DNA of 64,000 nucleotides, taken from a virus. Below the pieces are notes generated by a model. That model did not search any database, had not been told where the DNA came from, and worked only from the letters and a program-made list of their open reading frames with translations. Below are positions 1 through 9,461 of the stretch, piece after piece. Both the position numbers and the translations under genes were made by a program. The stretch covers positions 1 through 64,000 of IMG/VR virus record IMGVR_UViG_3300038558_000079, one strand, 5' to 3'. How positions within the stretch are numbered: position 1 is the first letter of the stretch; every line of letters starts with the position of its first letter.

Positions 1-807
1 GTTATCCTTCAGGGCATGAAGTCCCTCTACAAGCATTTCAAAGTGCCATGCAAGCGCTTCAGGGGCGAAATAATAGATACCTGTGGCATCAGGCGATGCA
101 CATATTAATAGTGCTTGATTGAGCGCATACTGGGAACCGGTAAGGTAATTGAATCCCGCTGTATATGCGCTGAGTTGTAGCGCGTACCTCAATAGCGGGT
201 AGTAGGGTTCTTTATTCCACTTGAATGATTTAGGTTCCTTTTTAGAACGATGGGTTTTCCAATCAGCTACTACCAAACCACCTGGTAATTTACTACCATC
301 GGGTAACTCCAACCTGCCATCAGCTACTTCTAGGAAACAATCAGCAGTACCACCAAAGCCTATCTCACCATCGCGATCGCGCCAAAACACTTTCTTCTCA
401 ATTGCAACTGGTGAAACAATATTCAAGAAATCCTTGAATGGTAGCAACAAGCACTCAAATTCAACAAAAACATCGCTTAGATTCCTTAGTTCTGTAGACT
501 TCAAAGCTAGCCATTTGCGATTGACGTTCTGATAGAACATCTCAAAAGCCTTACTTATATTACCACCACATCTCAGGTAACTTTCTATCGCCAAATGCAC
601 TGTAGTCCCTTGCAACGCCGAATCCGCTCTAATAGATTCTGCTTTCTCTTTTCCTATTCGCTTTTCCCATCCTGAAAAATCAGCTTTTTCTAACATTGAC
701 ACCAGTGTTGTTACAGACGGAAATTGCGAGTCACCATAACGATATCCCCGCGAACCGTCTACATGGTATTGTTCTATTTCTTTATCATTCCAGAGATTTG
801 TGTTCAT
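1..807 (-). CDS. PD-(D/E)XK (Cas4-like/RecB-like) phage exonuclease, runs off window start
   Basis: Manual translation from ATG at 807: MNTNLW...YRYGDSQFPSVTTLV...QGTTVHLAIE...GFGGTADC...VVADWKT...YALQLSAY. No stop before position 1, so it is absent from the ORF track. Confidence 0.8.
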   Translation of the reverse strand, partial: MNTNLWNDKEIEQYHVDGSRGYRYGDSQFPSVTTLVSMLEKADFSGWEKRIGKEKAESIRADSALQGTTVHLAIESYLRCGGNISKAFEMFYQNVNRKWLALKSTELRNLSDVFVEFECLLLPFKDFLNIVSPVAIEKKVFWRDRDGEIGFGGTADCFLEVADGRLELPDGSKLPGGLVVADWKTHRSKKEPKSFKWNKEPYYPLLRYALQLSAYTAGFNYLTGSQYALNQALLICASPDATGIYYFAPEALAWHFEMLVEGLHALKDN

Positions 808-935
808 TGTCTTGACCTTAAGGTGATATCAATATTATAGCATTAATAATGAGTTAACTGTCACAAGGGTGCGATTTTGGTACTTGGCGAAACCTCTAAC
901 ATGTCGGAAGCTGTACCTGATACCCTGTATACTTC

Positions 936-994
936 CTAGCTTCCGACATGTTTACTTCTATTATAGATATTGAATACAACATGTCGGAAGCTAG
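936..994. repeat. Dispersed palindrome copy 1 (17-bp arms, 25-bp spacer), plus a solo half-site at 898-912
   Basis: ctagcttccgacatgtt-tacttctattatagatattgaatac-aacatgtcggaagctag. Confidence 0.97.
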
Positions 995-1195
995 AACACC
1001 AGCACCGTGCATCATCCAGCCAATGTTGAGAGGGGGGAATCCGGAATGGGCAACTGGCACACCTGGAACTAGTACTGCGAGCGGGGGAATGGCTCGAATA
1101 ATGACAATTACTAATATATTGATACGTATTCGCCTACTTGCGTAAAAAAAGAAGACATGTAATAATAGATATATAAAGTTAGTAGGTACAACCTT

Positions 1196-1372
1196 GTGGA
1201 ATACTTAGCAGATGTGAACAAACTAGGCCAAAAAACCGTTATTGTTGAGGCGACATCTGAAGACGAAGCGTTGGAAATATTAATTGAAGAATGGGGTGAG
1301 GACAACATTATAATTCCCCCTCATAAATCCGACTGCCAAGAGAGGATTGAAGCGGTAAGATCTGAGTATTAA
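1196..1372 (+). CDS. Small acidic hypothetical protein (58 aa)
   Basis: GTG-started open frame MEYLADVNKLGQKTVIVEATSEDEALEILIEEWGED...; below ORF-track cutoff. Confidence 0.55.
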   Translation: MEYLADVNKLGQKTVIVEATSEDEALEILIEEWGEDNIIIPPHKSDCQERIEAVRSEY

Positions 1373-1459
1373 TAGGTTGGTCTATCTCTGTGGAATACTG
1401 AAGACTTTTGTCAAAGGTAATGTTACCATAGAGATAGTAAAACAGTATCATCTAGGAAA

Positions 1460-1693
1460 ATGGAAGAAATTTTTAACGAATTAAACGACGCATTAGGTGG
1501 CACAGCGGTATACGAGAGAGCCTCATCTTCTAGTTGTGCCTTCTATTTTACCTACAGTGGTGAGCGATACACCCTAGCTATATTTGGTGATTTGGCGATA
1601 CTAACGAATATAACCAAACAGGATTACTGCAAGATTGCAACTAATAATTTAACTTCTGAAGTTGCAGAGGTGATAAAGAAATGGCAGGCTTAA
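1460..1693 (+). CDS. Hypothetical protein
   Basis: 77-aa ORF with AGGA RBS. Confidence 0.65.
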   Translation: MEEIFNELNDALGGTAVYERASSSSCAFYFTYSGERYTLAIFGDLAILTNITKQDYCKIATNNLTSEVAEVIKKWQA

Positions 1694-1751
1694 TAATACT
1701 ATTGCTTGTTTACTTGGTAAAGTTTATCATCCAAGATGTGAGGCGAAACGA

Positions 1752-2150
1752 GTGAGAATCTATCCTAGCATTGCGCCAAATTTCCTGAAAGGATTGAAAT
1801 TGCCATCCTACAATACAGAGATTAGTGAATTTCCGGATGGTGGTGAGAATCGGATACAACTTAGTAATATAGGTGTGGGGACTAAGTTGTCTCTAAGCTA
1901 TGAAGCGTTGACAGAGACTCAAGTAGCAAGCATCATGAATTTCTACGCTAGCTGTAAGGGTGAAGGGTACGCATTCCTGCTACCAACTACGGTAATGAAT
2001 CACCCAATCGCAATTAATACCGCGATCGCAGCACTGAAAGCTACAACCTGTTGGGTTTTTGATGGACAAGTACGAATAACCCCGCGATACAGTACATATC
2101 AGCGGGGTATATTCGATATCGAGGTAACACTAAGTTCAGTTGTTTCCTGA
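1752..2150 (+). CDS. Minor/distal tail protein (lambda gpM/Dit-like)
   Basis: F.DG.E.RI...L.L.Y..LT......IMNFY....GE...F..P pattern of gpM-like proteins; paralogous to the C-terminus of 5140-8247. Confidence 0.7.
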   Translation: MRIYPSIAPNFLKGLKLPSYNTEISEFPDGGENRIQLSNIGVGTKLSLSYEALTETQVASIMNFYASCKGEGYAFLLPTTVMNHPIAINTAIAALKATTCWVFDGQVRITPRYSTYQRGIFDIEVTLSSVVS

Positions 2151-2182
2151 CGCTCCCAGTGAATGGCTGTTCGAGATCGAAG

Positions 2183-2506
2183 TTACCAACTAGCAGAGTC
2201 TGCTAGATAATCTGCAAACTTGTCTTTCATTAACTCTTCCGCGTACCCGTAGTAAGCGTCCTCCTCGTTTTCCTCGGTTCCGTCCCACTCCTCATCATCG
2301 AGGGATGGAATACCGAGTATCACACCCGTTGACTCATACGCATTCCCGATGTTCCCACTCCATAGCACCCGGTAAGTGCCGTCATCGAACAACTCGACAC
2401 AGTATTCTGACCCGCCCCACGATGCTTTTGTGGAGGATATAGCCGCCTGATGGAAGCTGTCTTTCATAAAGTTTTCAAAAGCTTTGCTCAGTAATTCGGT
2501 ATTCAT
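2183..2506 (-). CDS. Very acidic hypothetical protein
   Basis: 107 aa with DDEEWDGTEENEEDA tract; GAGG RBS and own promoter. Confidence 0.75.
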   Translation of the reverse strand: MNTELLSKAFENFMKDSFHQAAISSTKASWGGSEYCVELFDDGTYRVLWSGNIGNAYESTGVILGIPSLDDEEWDGTEENEEDAYYGYAEELMKDKFADYLADSASW

Positions 2507-2540
2507 GTGTGTCCTCTCTGTTGTTTTTGTTGATGCCTCT

Positions 2541-2569
2541 ACTATAATTCACTGTTCCAGCAATGTCAA
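2541..2569 (-). promoter_or_regulatory. Sigma70-type promoter
   Basis: TTGACA-17-TATAGT on minus strand upstream of 2506. Confidence 0.75.
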
Positions 2570-2615
2570 TAGGTAGAAATACTCAGTCTAGCGTAAGAAT
2601 GTCAACACAGAAGTG

Positions 2616-2644
2616 TTGACATTACCTAGAGTGTGTACTATACT
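2616..2644 (+). promoter_or_regulatory. Sigma70-type promoter (TTGACATTACC family)
   Basis: TTGACA-ttacctagagtgtgtac-TATACT; the -35 lies in the palindrome aatgtcaacac-agaa-gtgttgacatt. Confidence 0.8.
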
Positions 2645-2672
2645 GGAAGTGTAAACACAAAGGAGAGACAAG

Positions 2673-3138
2673 ATGTTAGGAGCGTATCAAGATTTTCTAG
2701 CCGTAGTAGCCGCTCACCGAGAGTTTACTCCTATTACCGCATGGGTACTAAGATTGAACTTACTAAAAGCCTCTCGGCGAATTGAACAAATTACGAGAGA
2801 AAGTAACAGTAACAGCTACAGCTACAATGTCGCTTTTGCGACATCGGATGTCTGTGAAAGCGCTGGTAATGTAATATCACTTCTTTTTAGCAATATTGGT
2901 AGAAGAAAAGCAAAGGATAGATATTGAGGCTCTATCCCCTCACCGTCACACTACTATCGCTAATAGCCTTGAAGAAGCAATTGATAGTTATCTCGACTGT
3001 CCGCGTAGCCTTGAGAAAGCTTACGATGTAATCTATTACATCAAATGTCTTCTCAGTTACCACAAAGTCGATTTTACGGGCTTGGTAATTGAAAAATGGG
3101 AGCAGGATATAAAGCTTTGGGAACAGGATAGCCAATAG
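2673..3138 (+). pseudogene. Frameshifted degenerate MazG-like paralog
   Basis: The overlapping ORFs 2673-2927 and 2896-3138 match the N- and C-halves of 4166-4636 (MLGAYQDFL..W.LRLNLL; EKAYDV). Confidence 0.65.
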
Positions 3139-3175
3139 CCAGAATAAGAGCCAGAAATACTCAATATCTTTTTAG

Positions 3176-3193
3176 ACACCTTCGGGTGTTTTT
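3176..3193 (+). terminator. Rho-independent terminator
   Basis: acacc-ttcg-ggtgt (cUUCGg loop) followed by T run. Confidence 0.7.
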
Positions 3194-3359
3194 ATTTGCC
3201 AAAAATCTTATTGATAACATACATTTTTCGGTGTACCTATTAGGAGATATGAATCTTTAGAGTGGTACTTTGCAATGTAAGGCACGCCATGCAGTAATCA
3301 ATGAATAACTTTACATTAAAACCGATAAAAATCCTCGAATCCCTCTCTATGTACACTTC

Positions 3360-3415
3360 CTAGCTTCCGACATGTTTACTCCTATATAGATATTGAAAAC
3401 AACATGTCGGAAGCT
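3360..3415. repeat. Dispersed palindrome copy 2
   Basis: ctagcttccgacatgtt-N24-aacatgtcggaagct. Confidence 0.97.
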
Positions 3416-3504
3416 GAGAGTTAATGCTAGTAAAGGGTGTAGCGTTTCTGAGAACCAAGTTTTGACACCCTTGAAAAACCCACTAAAATACCCTTTTACA
3501 TCCC

Positions 3505-3533
3505 TTGACAATATGAGAATCTTTAATTAATAT
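3505..3533 (+). promoter_or_regulatory. Cassette-associated sigma70 promoter
   Basis: TTGACA-17-TAATAT, about 90 bp after the palindrome. Confidence 0.7.
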
Positions 3534-3564
3534 GGATACAGTAAAACATAAAAAGAGTAACACT

Positions 3565-4038
3565 ATGGATTTACAAGCGTATCAAGATTTTCTAATTGAC
3601 TATTCTAATAACTTAAATACCGATATTCCTTTGCCTACAATAGCGAGATTAGGGTTGATGGCTAAATCGGGAAAAGTGATAGGGGCACTGATGGAGAACA
3701 AGGTAGATGCGATCGCGCTCAAAGATGATTTAGGAGATACCTTATCATATTTTCTGCTAGTCCTGAATCATCTAGAAATGCCTTTAATAGCAATCGGGGC
3801 TATAGGTGGTTGTCTTCAGGTTCCTTTAGCAGATAACTACTTGTTCTGTGCAAGGAACCTATACACATGCGTTGACAGTTTTCTCAGGCTTAAGCTTGCA
3901 CGCGAGTCACTCGAATTATTAATAGCCATTATACGAATAGGGTTACTCTATGACATTAAACTTGAGGATATTGTGTCTTATAGCTGGGACAAACTTAAGA
4001 AGCGGTTAGATGAGGGTGAATTGCAAGGATTTTGTTGA
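3565..4038 (+). CDS. MazG-like NTP pyrophosphohydrolase fold protein, degenerate
   Basis: MDLQAYQ..LGLMAKSGKV..LKDDLGDTLSY..LEDIV...DKLKKR resembles MazG-like LGL.GE.GE/ELGD motifs with E to K changes; start moved to 3565, downstream of the promoter. Confidence 0.6.
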   Translation: MDLQAYQDFLIDYSNNLNTDIPLPTIARLGLMAKSGKVIGALMENKVDAIALKDDLGDTLSYFLLVLNHLEMPLIAIGAIGGCLQVPLADNYLFCARNLYTCVDSFLRLKLARESLELLIAIIRIGLLYDIKLEDIVSYSWDKLKKRLDEGELQGFC

Positions 4039-4082
4039 CCTCTCCCCGGTCTAAAGACACGGGGCTTTCAGCGACTCATCTT
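4035..4082 (-). mobile_element. 48-bp single-hairpin IS200/IS605 mini-element (PATE-like), copy A
   Basis: Reverse complement reads TTAC|aagatgagtcgctgaaagccccgtgtctttagaccggggagaggTCAA, i.e. the left and right ends of 12210-13846 fused through the shared hairpin. Confidence 0.9.
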
Positions 4083-4165
4083 GTAAATTCGTAACGCATA
4101 TCAAATCTATCGGCAATGTCAGTAAATGTATTATACTAAGAGAGTAAACACAAAGGAGAGACAAG

Positions 4166-4636
4166 ATGCTAGGTGCGTACCAAGATTTTCTAGTTGCTTA
4201 TTGCAACACCGAAGAGCGTATTAAAGTTACTGAGCCGTGGTCATTAAGGTTAAACTTACTAGCCGGAAGTCAGGATTTTATAGAGACTATAGGTGAAGAT
4301 GGTAGTCACAATGCTGCTGTGACAAAGTTTGAGGATATCCGGGAAATTTTAGGAGATGTGCTATCCTGCCTACTCCTCATCTTAGATGAACAAGGTACAA
4401 GGCTTGACATTGAACGGGTCATGGAACACATAGACACAACACCTACCCCCCAGCCGTGCAATAAAGCTTTAGTGCCCGCAGTGGGGAGATTCTTAGATTC
4501 TGGATGCACTCCAGAAAAAGCTTACGATGTGGTACATGCAGTACAACGTATAGCAATACACTACAACAGCAACTTAACAAAATTAGTGATCTGGCAATGG
4601 GATGCCTTCTTAAGGCACTGGATGGAAGAGTTATAG
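4166..4636 (+). CDS. MazG-like fold protein, degenerate paralog
   Basis: MLGAYQDFL...IREILGDVLSCLL; GGAG RBS leader identical to that of 2673. Confidence 0.6.
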   Translation: MLGAYQDFLVAYCNTEERIKVTEPWSLRLNLLAGSQDFIETIGEDGSHNAAVTKFEDIREILGDVLSCLLLILDEQGTRLDIERVMEHIDTTPTPQPCNKALVPAVGRFLDSGCTPEKAYDVVHAVQRIAIHYNSNLTKLVIWQWDAFLRHWMEEL

Positions 4637-4913
4637 AATTGCGCTAACTAACTATCTTCAATGCACCCTTAGTGACTCAAATATTAAGGGTGTCTTTTTG
4701 TGTCTATTACAGCAGTATTAGTGCATACCTGACAGGCTGATAAATTCTTAATCATATCGAGCTACGCATGGGAATTTAACTCTCGGTAGGTATTAGTAAA
4801 GTTGAGAAATGGCAGTGACACAGCGTAACGTACATCGACCCATACAGTAGTCAAATGAACAACTTTGCATTAAATCCGATAAAAATCCCCGAATCCCTCT
4901 CTCTATACACTTC

Positions 4914-4969
4914 CTAGCTTCCGACATGTTCTATCCTATATAGTAATTGAAAACAACATGTCGGAAGCT
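4914..4969. repeat. Dispersed palindrome copy 3 within a ~350-bp cassette (4790-5140)
   Basis: ctagcttccgacatgtt-N24-aacatgtcggaagct; upstream ~120 bp identical to 10878-10996. Confidence 0.97.
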
Positions 4970-5048
4970 GTGAGGTAATACCAGCAAGGTGTGTAGCGAT
5001 TCTGAGAACCAAATTTTGAAAACACCTAAAAATTCTCTCAGACACCAC

Positions 5049-5077
5049 TTGACACCTTAGAGGAATTGAATTAGTAT
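5049..5077 (+). promoter_or_regulatory. Cassette-associated sigma70 promoter driving a 13-aa stub
   Basis: TTGACA-17-TAGTAT followed by ATG 5109 MDLQAYQDFLANS*. Confidence 0.7.
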
Positions 5078-5139
5078 GGACACAGTAAAACATAAAAAGA
5101 GTAACACTATGGATTTACAAGCGTATCAAGATTTTTTAG

Positions 5140-8100
5140 CTAATTCATAACACTCACTATCTTCAAAGTAACCCCTAGCAATCCTCTCTGTCCTAAGAGG
5201 TAACTAGGGGTTACTTCTGGGTTTTCATTGAAACGCCAGTAAGTAGTACTGCCCTGGTTTGCGATCGCATTCAGTATACTACTGGGAAGCCTGAGTACGT
5301 TACTAGGAATTAAGAATGGTATCTGCGAACCTTGGCTCAACCGCCAGAAGTCAATTAGTACCTTAGCATCTACAGGGCTAAGGTTGGTATATTTCAGCGT
5401 CATTTCCATCTTCACACCCGTATCACTTCTCCGAATCTTCTGTAGGCTACCATCATCGAAGGATACCTTATCAAATTTATAGGGCGGTAAGGTGATATCC
5501 TCTATGAAATCGGGCACTAGTGAAGGGAAAATTCCGGCTTTAGCAAATGCGCTTGGTAGCGGATAATTAAGCCTATCCTTATAAAGTATCAATTCCGCTA
5601 AAGTACTAATAATTTCTAAGTGCCAAAAGCCAAAGTATTCACGGTAGGTAGTACCGCCAAAAGTGAATGTTGGCTGGAAAGCTGTGAAGGAACCAGCCAT
5701 TACTCCAGTGGGGACATATTCGGCTTGTAGGCTTGTGAAACATCGGGACATGATATCGAAGGTGATATCAGGAATTAACCCCGCTACATTGGCATATAAT
5801 GCGGTGCGGAGTAAGAGTGCTAATACGTGAGGTTCGTGATAGTTGGCTTGTGGTGAGATTACGGGGGGGATATCAGTTGGTGGTTGGTTTCCGCTAGCGA
5901 TTAGAAAATCCTGAATCCAAGAGAGATATCGGGTAAGTATTTTTCGTGCCAATACCGAGTTGGGAACTAGCATCAAGTATCGAGCGGTCGCTTCCATTGG
6001 GCGGGCACAATAGGGGAACCATGCGGTATTTGGATCTGCCCCTTTCCAAGACCATTCGTTCCCCTCACTACCGAATGTACGAAAGTCTGCGGTATCCCAA
6101 TATTTCCACAGAAATACCTGAATTAATGGTGCAAGTAGCCCTACATTACTTTGCTTCTGGTAGGCTAGCTGGGAATCATTCAGAAACTGTAGTGCTTGTA
6201 GTGCCCTCTCAGGGTATCCCCAGATCTGCCAATGATAGGGCGATTGATATCCAGCATAAGGAGCGCCTCCCCATGAATCCTTAATAAATCCACCATTCCC
6301 ATCAGCTAGCACATTAATCGTGAAGGGGATTACACCGGGATTGTACTTCAATTTATCATTGCTATTACCAATGGGATAGAAGTTGCCTATCCAGAGTATT
6401 TGCGCATCAGCTATCCGCGAACGCACTAGTGCTTTATAGCTAGTACTACCCTGTGCGGGATTCTGAGGTGCAGCACCTGCGTAGTAAAGCTTAATAACTC
6501 CCCTATCCTCACTCTCAAAAGCACACCCTAGAATAGTACCACTACTAGGGTTATCCTTACCATCAACGCTAGAAAAGTCACTCCAGCTAGGTGTAAATTC
6601 AGTCCAGTTATTATTCGTATTTGGCACTGAACATTTCCAGAAATCATCTTCAGAATCTCTCAATACCATAGTCCACTTCCCACTAGTAGCTACCTTAATG
6701 CTAGGGGGCGTGTTGGTAAAGTTTGTAACAGAAAATCCTGTGCCAATTACATCATCAGGATTCACTGTTACCACTTGTGCAATCGCTAACCGACCATCAA
6801 CTACCACTTGTTCGGTAATAATTGAAACATCTCCATCACCATAGGTATAAAGTGGTGTATCAGCATTCAGAGAGTGCCACACTGTACCACTTCCCCACTT
6901 CACAAAAGATGTATAACCACACGTAACATTCCGTGGCACAGCGTCACCTTGAACCAACCAATAAGCGGTATATTCTTGTGTGGTATCTAAGGTATTAGGC
7001 GATAGGGATAATACTATCTCCAGTATCTGTCTCTTATTACTAGCAGCTTCCAAGTACACCGATACAGTGCTTTGTATGTAAGTGGTGACTATATAGTTTT
7101 GAACTTCAAAGCTAGGGTAATTACTAGGTGGTGGTGTAGCTGCGGCAATATCTAATCGTAGGTAATATTGGAAAACACCCGCGCTATTTACCCTGCTAGC
7201 AGTATACCCATTAGAGTCTCTGTTAATTGGTATAGCTTGCGCTCCAGCTAAGATAAATGGGTTACCCTTTTCGCGATAATAGAAGTAGCTAGGGTTCTCA
7301 ACAACAGCACAATTAGCTAAGGTATCCCTGGTAGCATAAGCCGCTCTTACCCACTTAATATTACCAGTGTACGGGTACAACTCTATAAACCCATCATAGC
7401 CCCAATAGAGACTATCATTAGCACATCCTAAATAAGTATTTCCCCCCCTATTGGGATTATGCCACATAGGGTAAGGTTCAAGCATCCCGTAGGGTGGAAT
7501 ATTCCCAGCAATCCAGCTAGAAAAATAGACTTTAGCAGTACCTGTAAAATTACTATATGCCCCACTCAATACAATCGTACCTGGTGTTTCACTAGTAGGT
7601 GTTTTGCTGCCATCTGGATAGTTACGATAGTTTATTCCCTCTAACCGATAGTTGGAAACACTATACCCGATAGTGTATTCAATTCCTGACTTTAAAGGTG
7701 CGTAAATATTTTGATAGAGCAATTCACCATCACTAGATGTTACTTTGTAAAGATCTGCTAATAGTCCACCGGGTATTACTCCGATGCCATTTACAAAACT
7801 TAGGGAATAGTCAAAATTACCAAAGTTGAATGCCCTAGCGGTATCTTGTGAACCCTTACCAGGAACCGCGTAATTTGAAGCATTAACCGCCCAGTGTGCA
7901 ATCCAAACCGTAGTAGTTGGGTTACTGGTTACAGGTGGTGTAGGTGTAGGAAAGAAGTAAGTTAAATAACTTTCTGAGAACCCTACAGCCTTGCCTAACC
8001 ACTCAGTATCACCTGTAGCTTTATAGGCTCTAATACACCCCAGTATGGCTAAGGTTTGTCCTTCAGAAACACTGGCTTCAGCAGGTAAGTAACCACGCCT

Positions 8101-8247
8101 ACCTTCTACCGTGTGAAAGTTGTTTTTCAGTAAGAGGTTTGCTGTTGCTAGGTAGGGATAATTATTGCGAGTGAATCTACTCAGAAACACTTTAGACGCT
8201 AATAGCATCGACTGTACAGAAGCTATATTATAAGGAGGTGTAGGCAT
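5140..8247 (-). CDS. Tail-associated protein: glycoside-hydrolase-like (GH8/six-hairpin-like) region fused to a C-terminal gpM/Dit-like domain
   Basis: SEGQ motif (VSEGQTLAIL) and AYKATGDTEWL-type helical-barrel repeats; last ~125 aa align by eye to 1752-2150. Confidence 0.6.
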   Translation of the reverse strand: MPTPPYNIASVQSMLLASKVFLSRFTRNNYPYLATANLLLKNNFHTVEGRRGYLPAEASVSEGQTLAILGCIRAYKATGDTEWLGKAVGFSESYLTYFFPTPTPPVTSNPTTTVWIAHWAVNASNYAVPGKGSQDTARAFNFGNFDYSLSFVNGIGVIPGGLLADLYKVTSSDGELLYQNIYAPLKSGIEYTIGYSVSNYRLEGINYRNYPDGSKTPTSETPGTIVLSGAYSNFTGTAKVYFSSWIAGNIPPYGMLEPYPMWHNPNRGGNTYLGCANDSLYWGYDGFIELYPYTGNIKWVRAAYATRDTLANCAVVENPSYFYYREKGNPFILAGAQAIPINRDSNGYTASRVNSAGVFQYYLRLDIAAATPPPSNYPSFEVQNYIVTTYIQSTVSVYLEAASNKRQILEIVLSLSPNTLDTTQEYTAYWLVQGDAVPRNVTCGYTSFVKWGSGTVWHSLNADTPLYTYGDGDVSIITEQVVVDGRLAIAQVVTVNPDDVIGTGFSVTNFTNTPPSIKVATSGKWTMVLRDSEDDFWKCSVPNTNNNWTEFTPSWSDFSSVDGKDNPSSGTILGCAFESEDRGVIKLYYAGAAPQNPAQGSTSYKALVRSRIADAQILWIGNFYPIGNSNDKLKYNPGVIPFTINVLADGNGGFIKDSWGGAPYAGYQSPYHWQIWGYPERALQALQFLNDSQLAYQKQSNVGLLAPLIQVFLWKYWDTADFRTFGSEGNEWSWKGADPNTAWFPYCARPMEATARYLMLVPNSVLARKILTRYLSWIQDFLIASGNQPPTDIPPVISPQANYHEPHVLALLLRTALYANVAGLIPDITFDIMSRCFTSLQAEYVPTGVMAGSFTAFQPTFTFGGTTYREYFGFWHLEIISTLAELILYKDRLNYPLPSAFAKAGIFPSLVPDFIEDITLPPYKFDKVSFDDGSLQKIRRSDTGVKMEMTLKYTNLSPVDAKVLIDFWRLSQGSQIPFLIPSNVLRLPSSILNAIANQGSTTYWRFNENPEVTPSYLLGQRGLLGVTLKIVSVMN

Positions 8248-8295
8248 TGCGTTAAGCGATATGATATACTAGTAATAATATCATTATATTCAATT

Positions 8296-8817
8296 ATGCC
8301 CTATATATATTGGATTCAAAATGCACGCACGAAGTATGAGACTAATTTGTTTACGTCTATACTAAAATACACTCCTAAAGCTATATACATTCAAGGTGAT
8401 GACTCATACCAGATCTCTCACAATGTACGACGTTTTGTCAGAGAAGGGGAATATCCGATACTAGTAGATTCCCCATACAGGGTTTTACCTTATAACCCTG
8501 TTGATATACTTCTATCAGCGCCAGAGAGTCGACTCTTTTCTGGGATACCTACTCTAAAGATATTTCATGTAGAGTTACAAATCTTAAATGTTGACAAGCC
8601 TGCTACTAAGGAATTAATACTAATCTTAGGACATGATGCCGATGACTTAGCACTACTACTAGCCAAGTCTAATGGAAGGATTCGTACTTCTAGCACATCT
8701 AAAGGTAATGGGAGGACTATTGTCTGCACCCAATACCTAACACTAGATACCCTTATAGCTGATGCAAAGGTTAATGGGTATCATCATGTATTAATCTTAA
8801 GGGAAGCACAGATATGA
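8296..8817 (+). CDS. Hypothetical protein
   Basis: 173-aa ORF, ATGA overlap with next gene. Confidence 0.65.
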   Translation: MPYIYWIQNARTKYETNLFTSILKYTPKAIYIQGDDSYQISHNVRRFVREGEYPILVDSPYRVLPYNPVDILLSAPESRLFSGIPTLKIFHVELQILNVDKPATKELILILGHDADDLALLLAKSNGRIRTSSTSKGNGRTIVCTQYLTLDTLIADAKVNGYHHVLILREAQI

Positions 8818-9311
8818 CACTAGCTAATTTACAAACTACGGTTAGACAAGCAATAACCGTTAAAGTTATTTTAGAATCAGGTGTTGAGTTAAGGCTTCAG
8901 AATTTCTCGCCCACAGTACCGTATGTCTTTAATGGTGAGAAGTACAACTATTCACCGCTGGAGTATTCTGGTATCGCCAGAAGTTCTAATCTCGATAATT
9001 CGAGCGCTACCATCTATCTCCCTAATGTACCAATTATCGCCCATGAGGTTTGGAACAACGATGGTTTCCGAAAAGCGATCGTACTTGTGACACTATTCTT
9101 CCCTGACAATCCCGAAGCTCTACCAATTCAGGATAAGCTACTAGGAAAGGGTAGTAAGTTTGCAAATAGTAGAATTGAGGTGCAACTCCAATCTGCATTC
9201 TCAGCAGTTGGTGCATACTTCCCATCACTCCACTATCGCACCGGGACGGGTAATGGTGACATTAATATCATCGGTTTAGTCCCTGAATTACCCAGAAGTG
9301 GTTCAGTTTGA
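8814..9311 (+). CDS. Minor tail protein (gpL/DUF1833-like hub)
   Basis: FNGEKYNYSPLEYSG...SATIYLPN pattern of gpL-like proteins. Confidence 0.6.
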   Translation: MTLANLQTTVRQAITVKVILESGVELRLQNFSPTVPYVFNGEKYNYSPLEYSGIARSSNLDNSSATIYLPNVPIIAHEVWNNDGFRKAIVLVTLFFPDNPEALPIQDKLLGKGSKFANSRIEVQLQSAFSAVGAYFPSLHYRTGTGNGDINIIGLVPELPRSGSV

Positions 9312-9358
9312 ATTCTCAGCACACGAACCGCTTGTAACTTATACCGAGTAAGACTTTC

Positions 9359-9413
9359 AGCTTCCGACATGTTGTATCCTATTATAGATAATGGAACCAA
9401 CATGTCGGAAGCT
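9359..9413. repeat. Dispersed palindrome copy 4
   Basis: agcttccgacatgtt-N25-aacatgtcggaagct, between gpL-like and gpK-like genes. Confidence 0.97.
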
Positions 9414-9461
9414 AGAAAACAATCACTGTAACACTTGTAGCCATTCAATCTAACAAAACTC

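Noticed and set aside
1-807. Cas4 as part of a CRISPR-Cas locus
   Set aside because: No cas1/cas2 or array in the window and no Fe-S cysteine cluster seen; ordinary phage exonuclease
948-1145. Short ORFs that start in or span palindromes (948, 9233, 34835, 47199)
   Set aside because: They arise from repeat sequence, several from the ATG in ACATGT; no RBS or protein-like features
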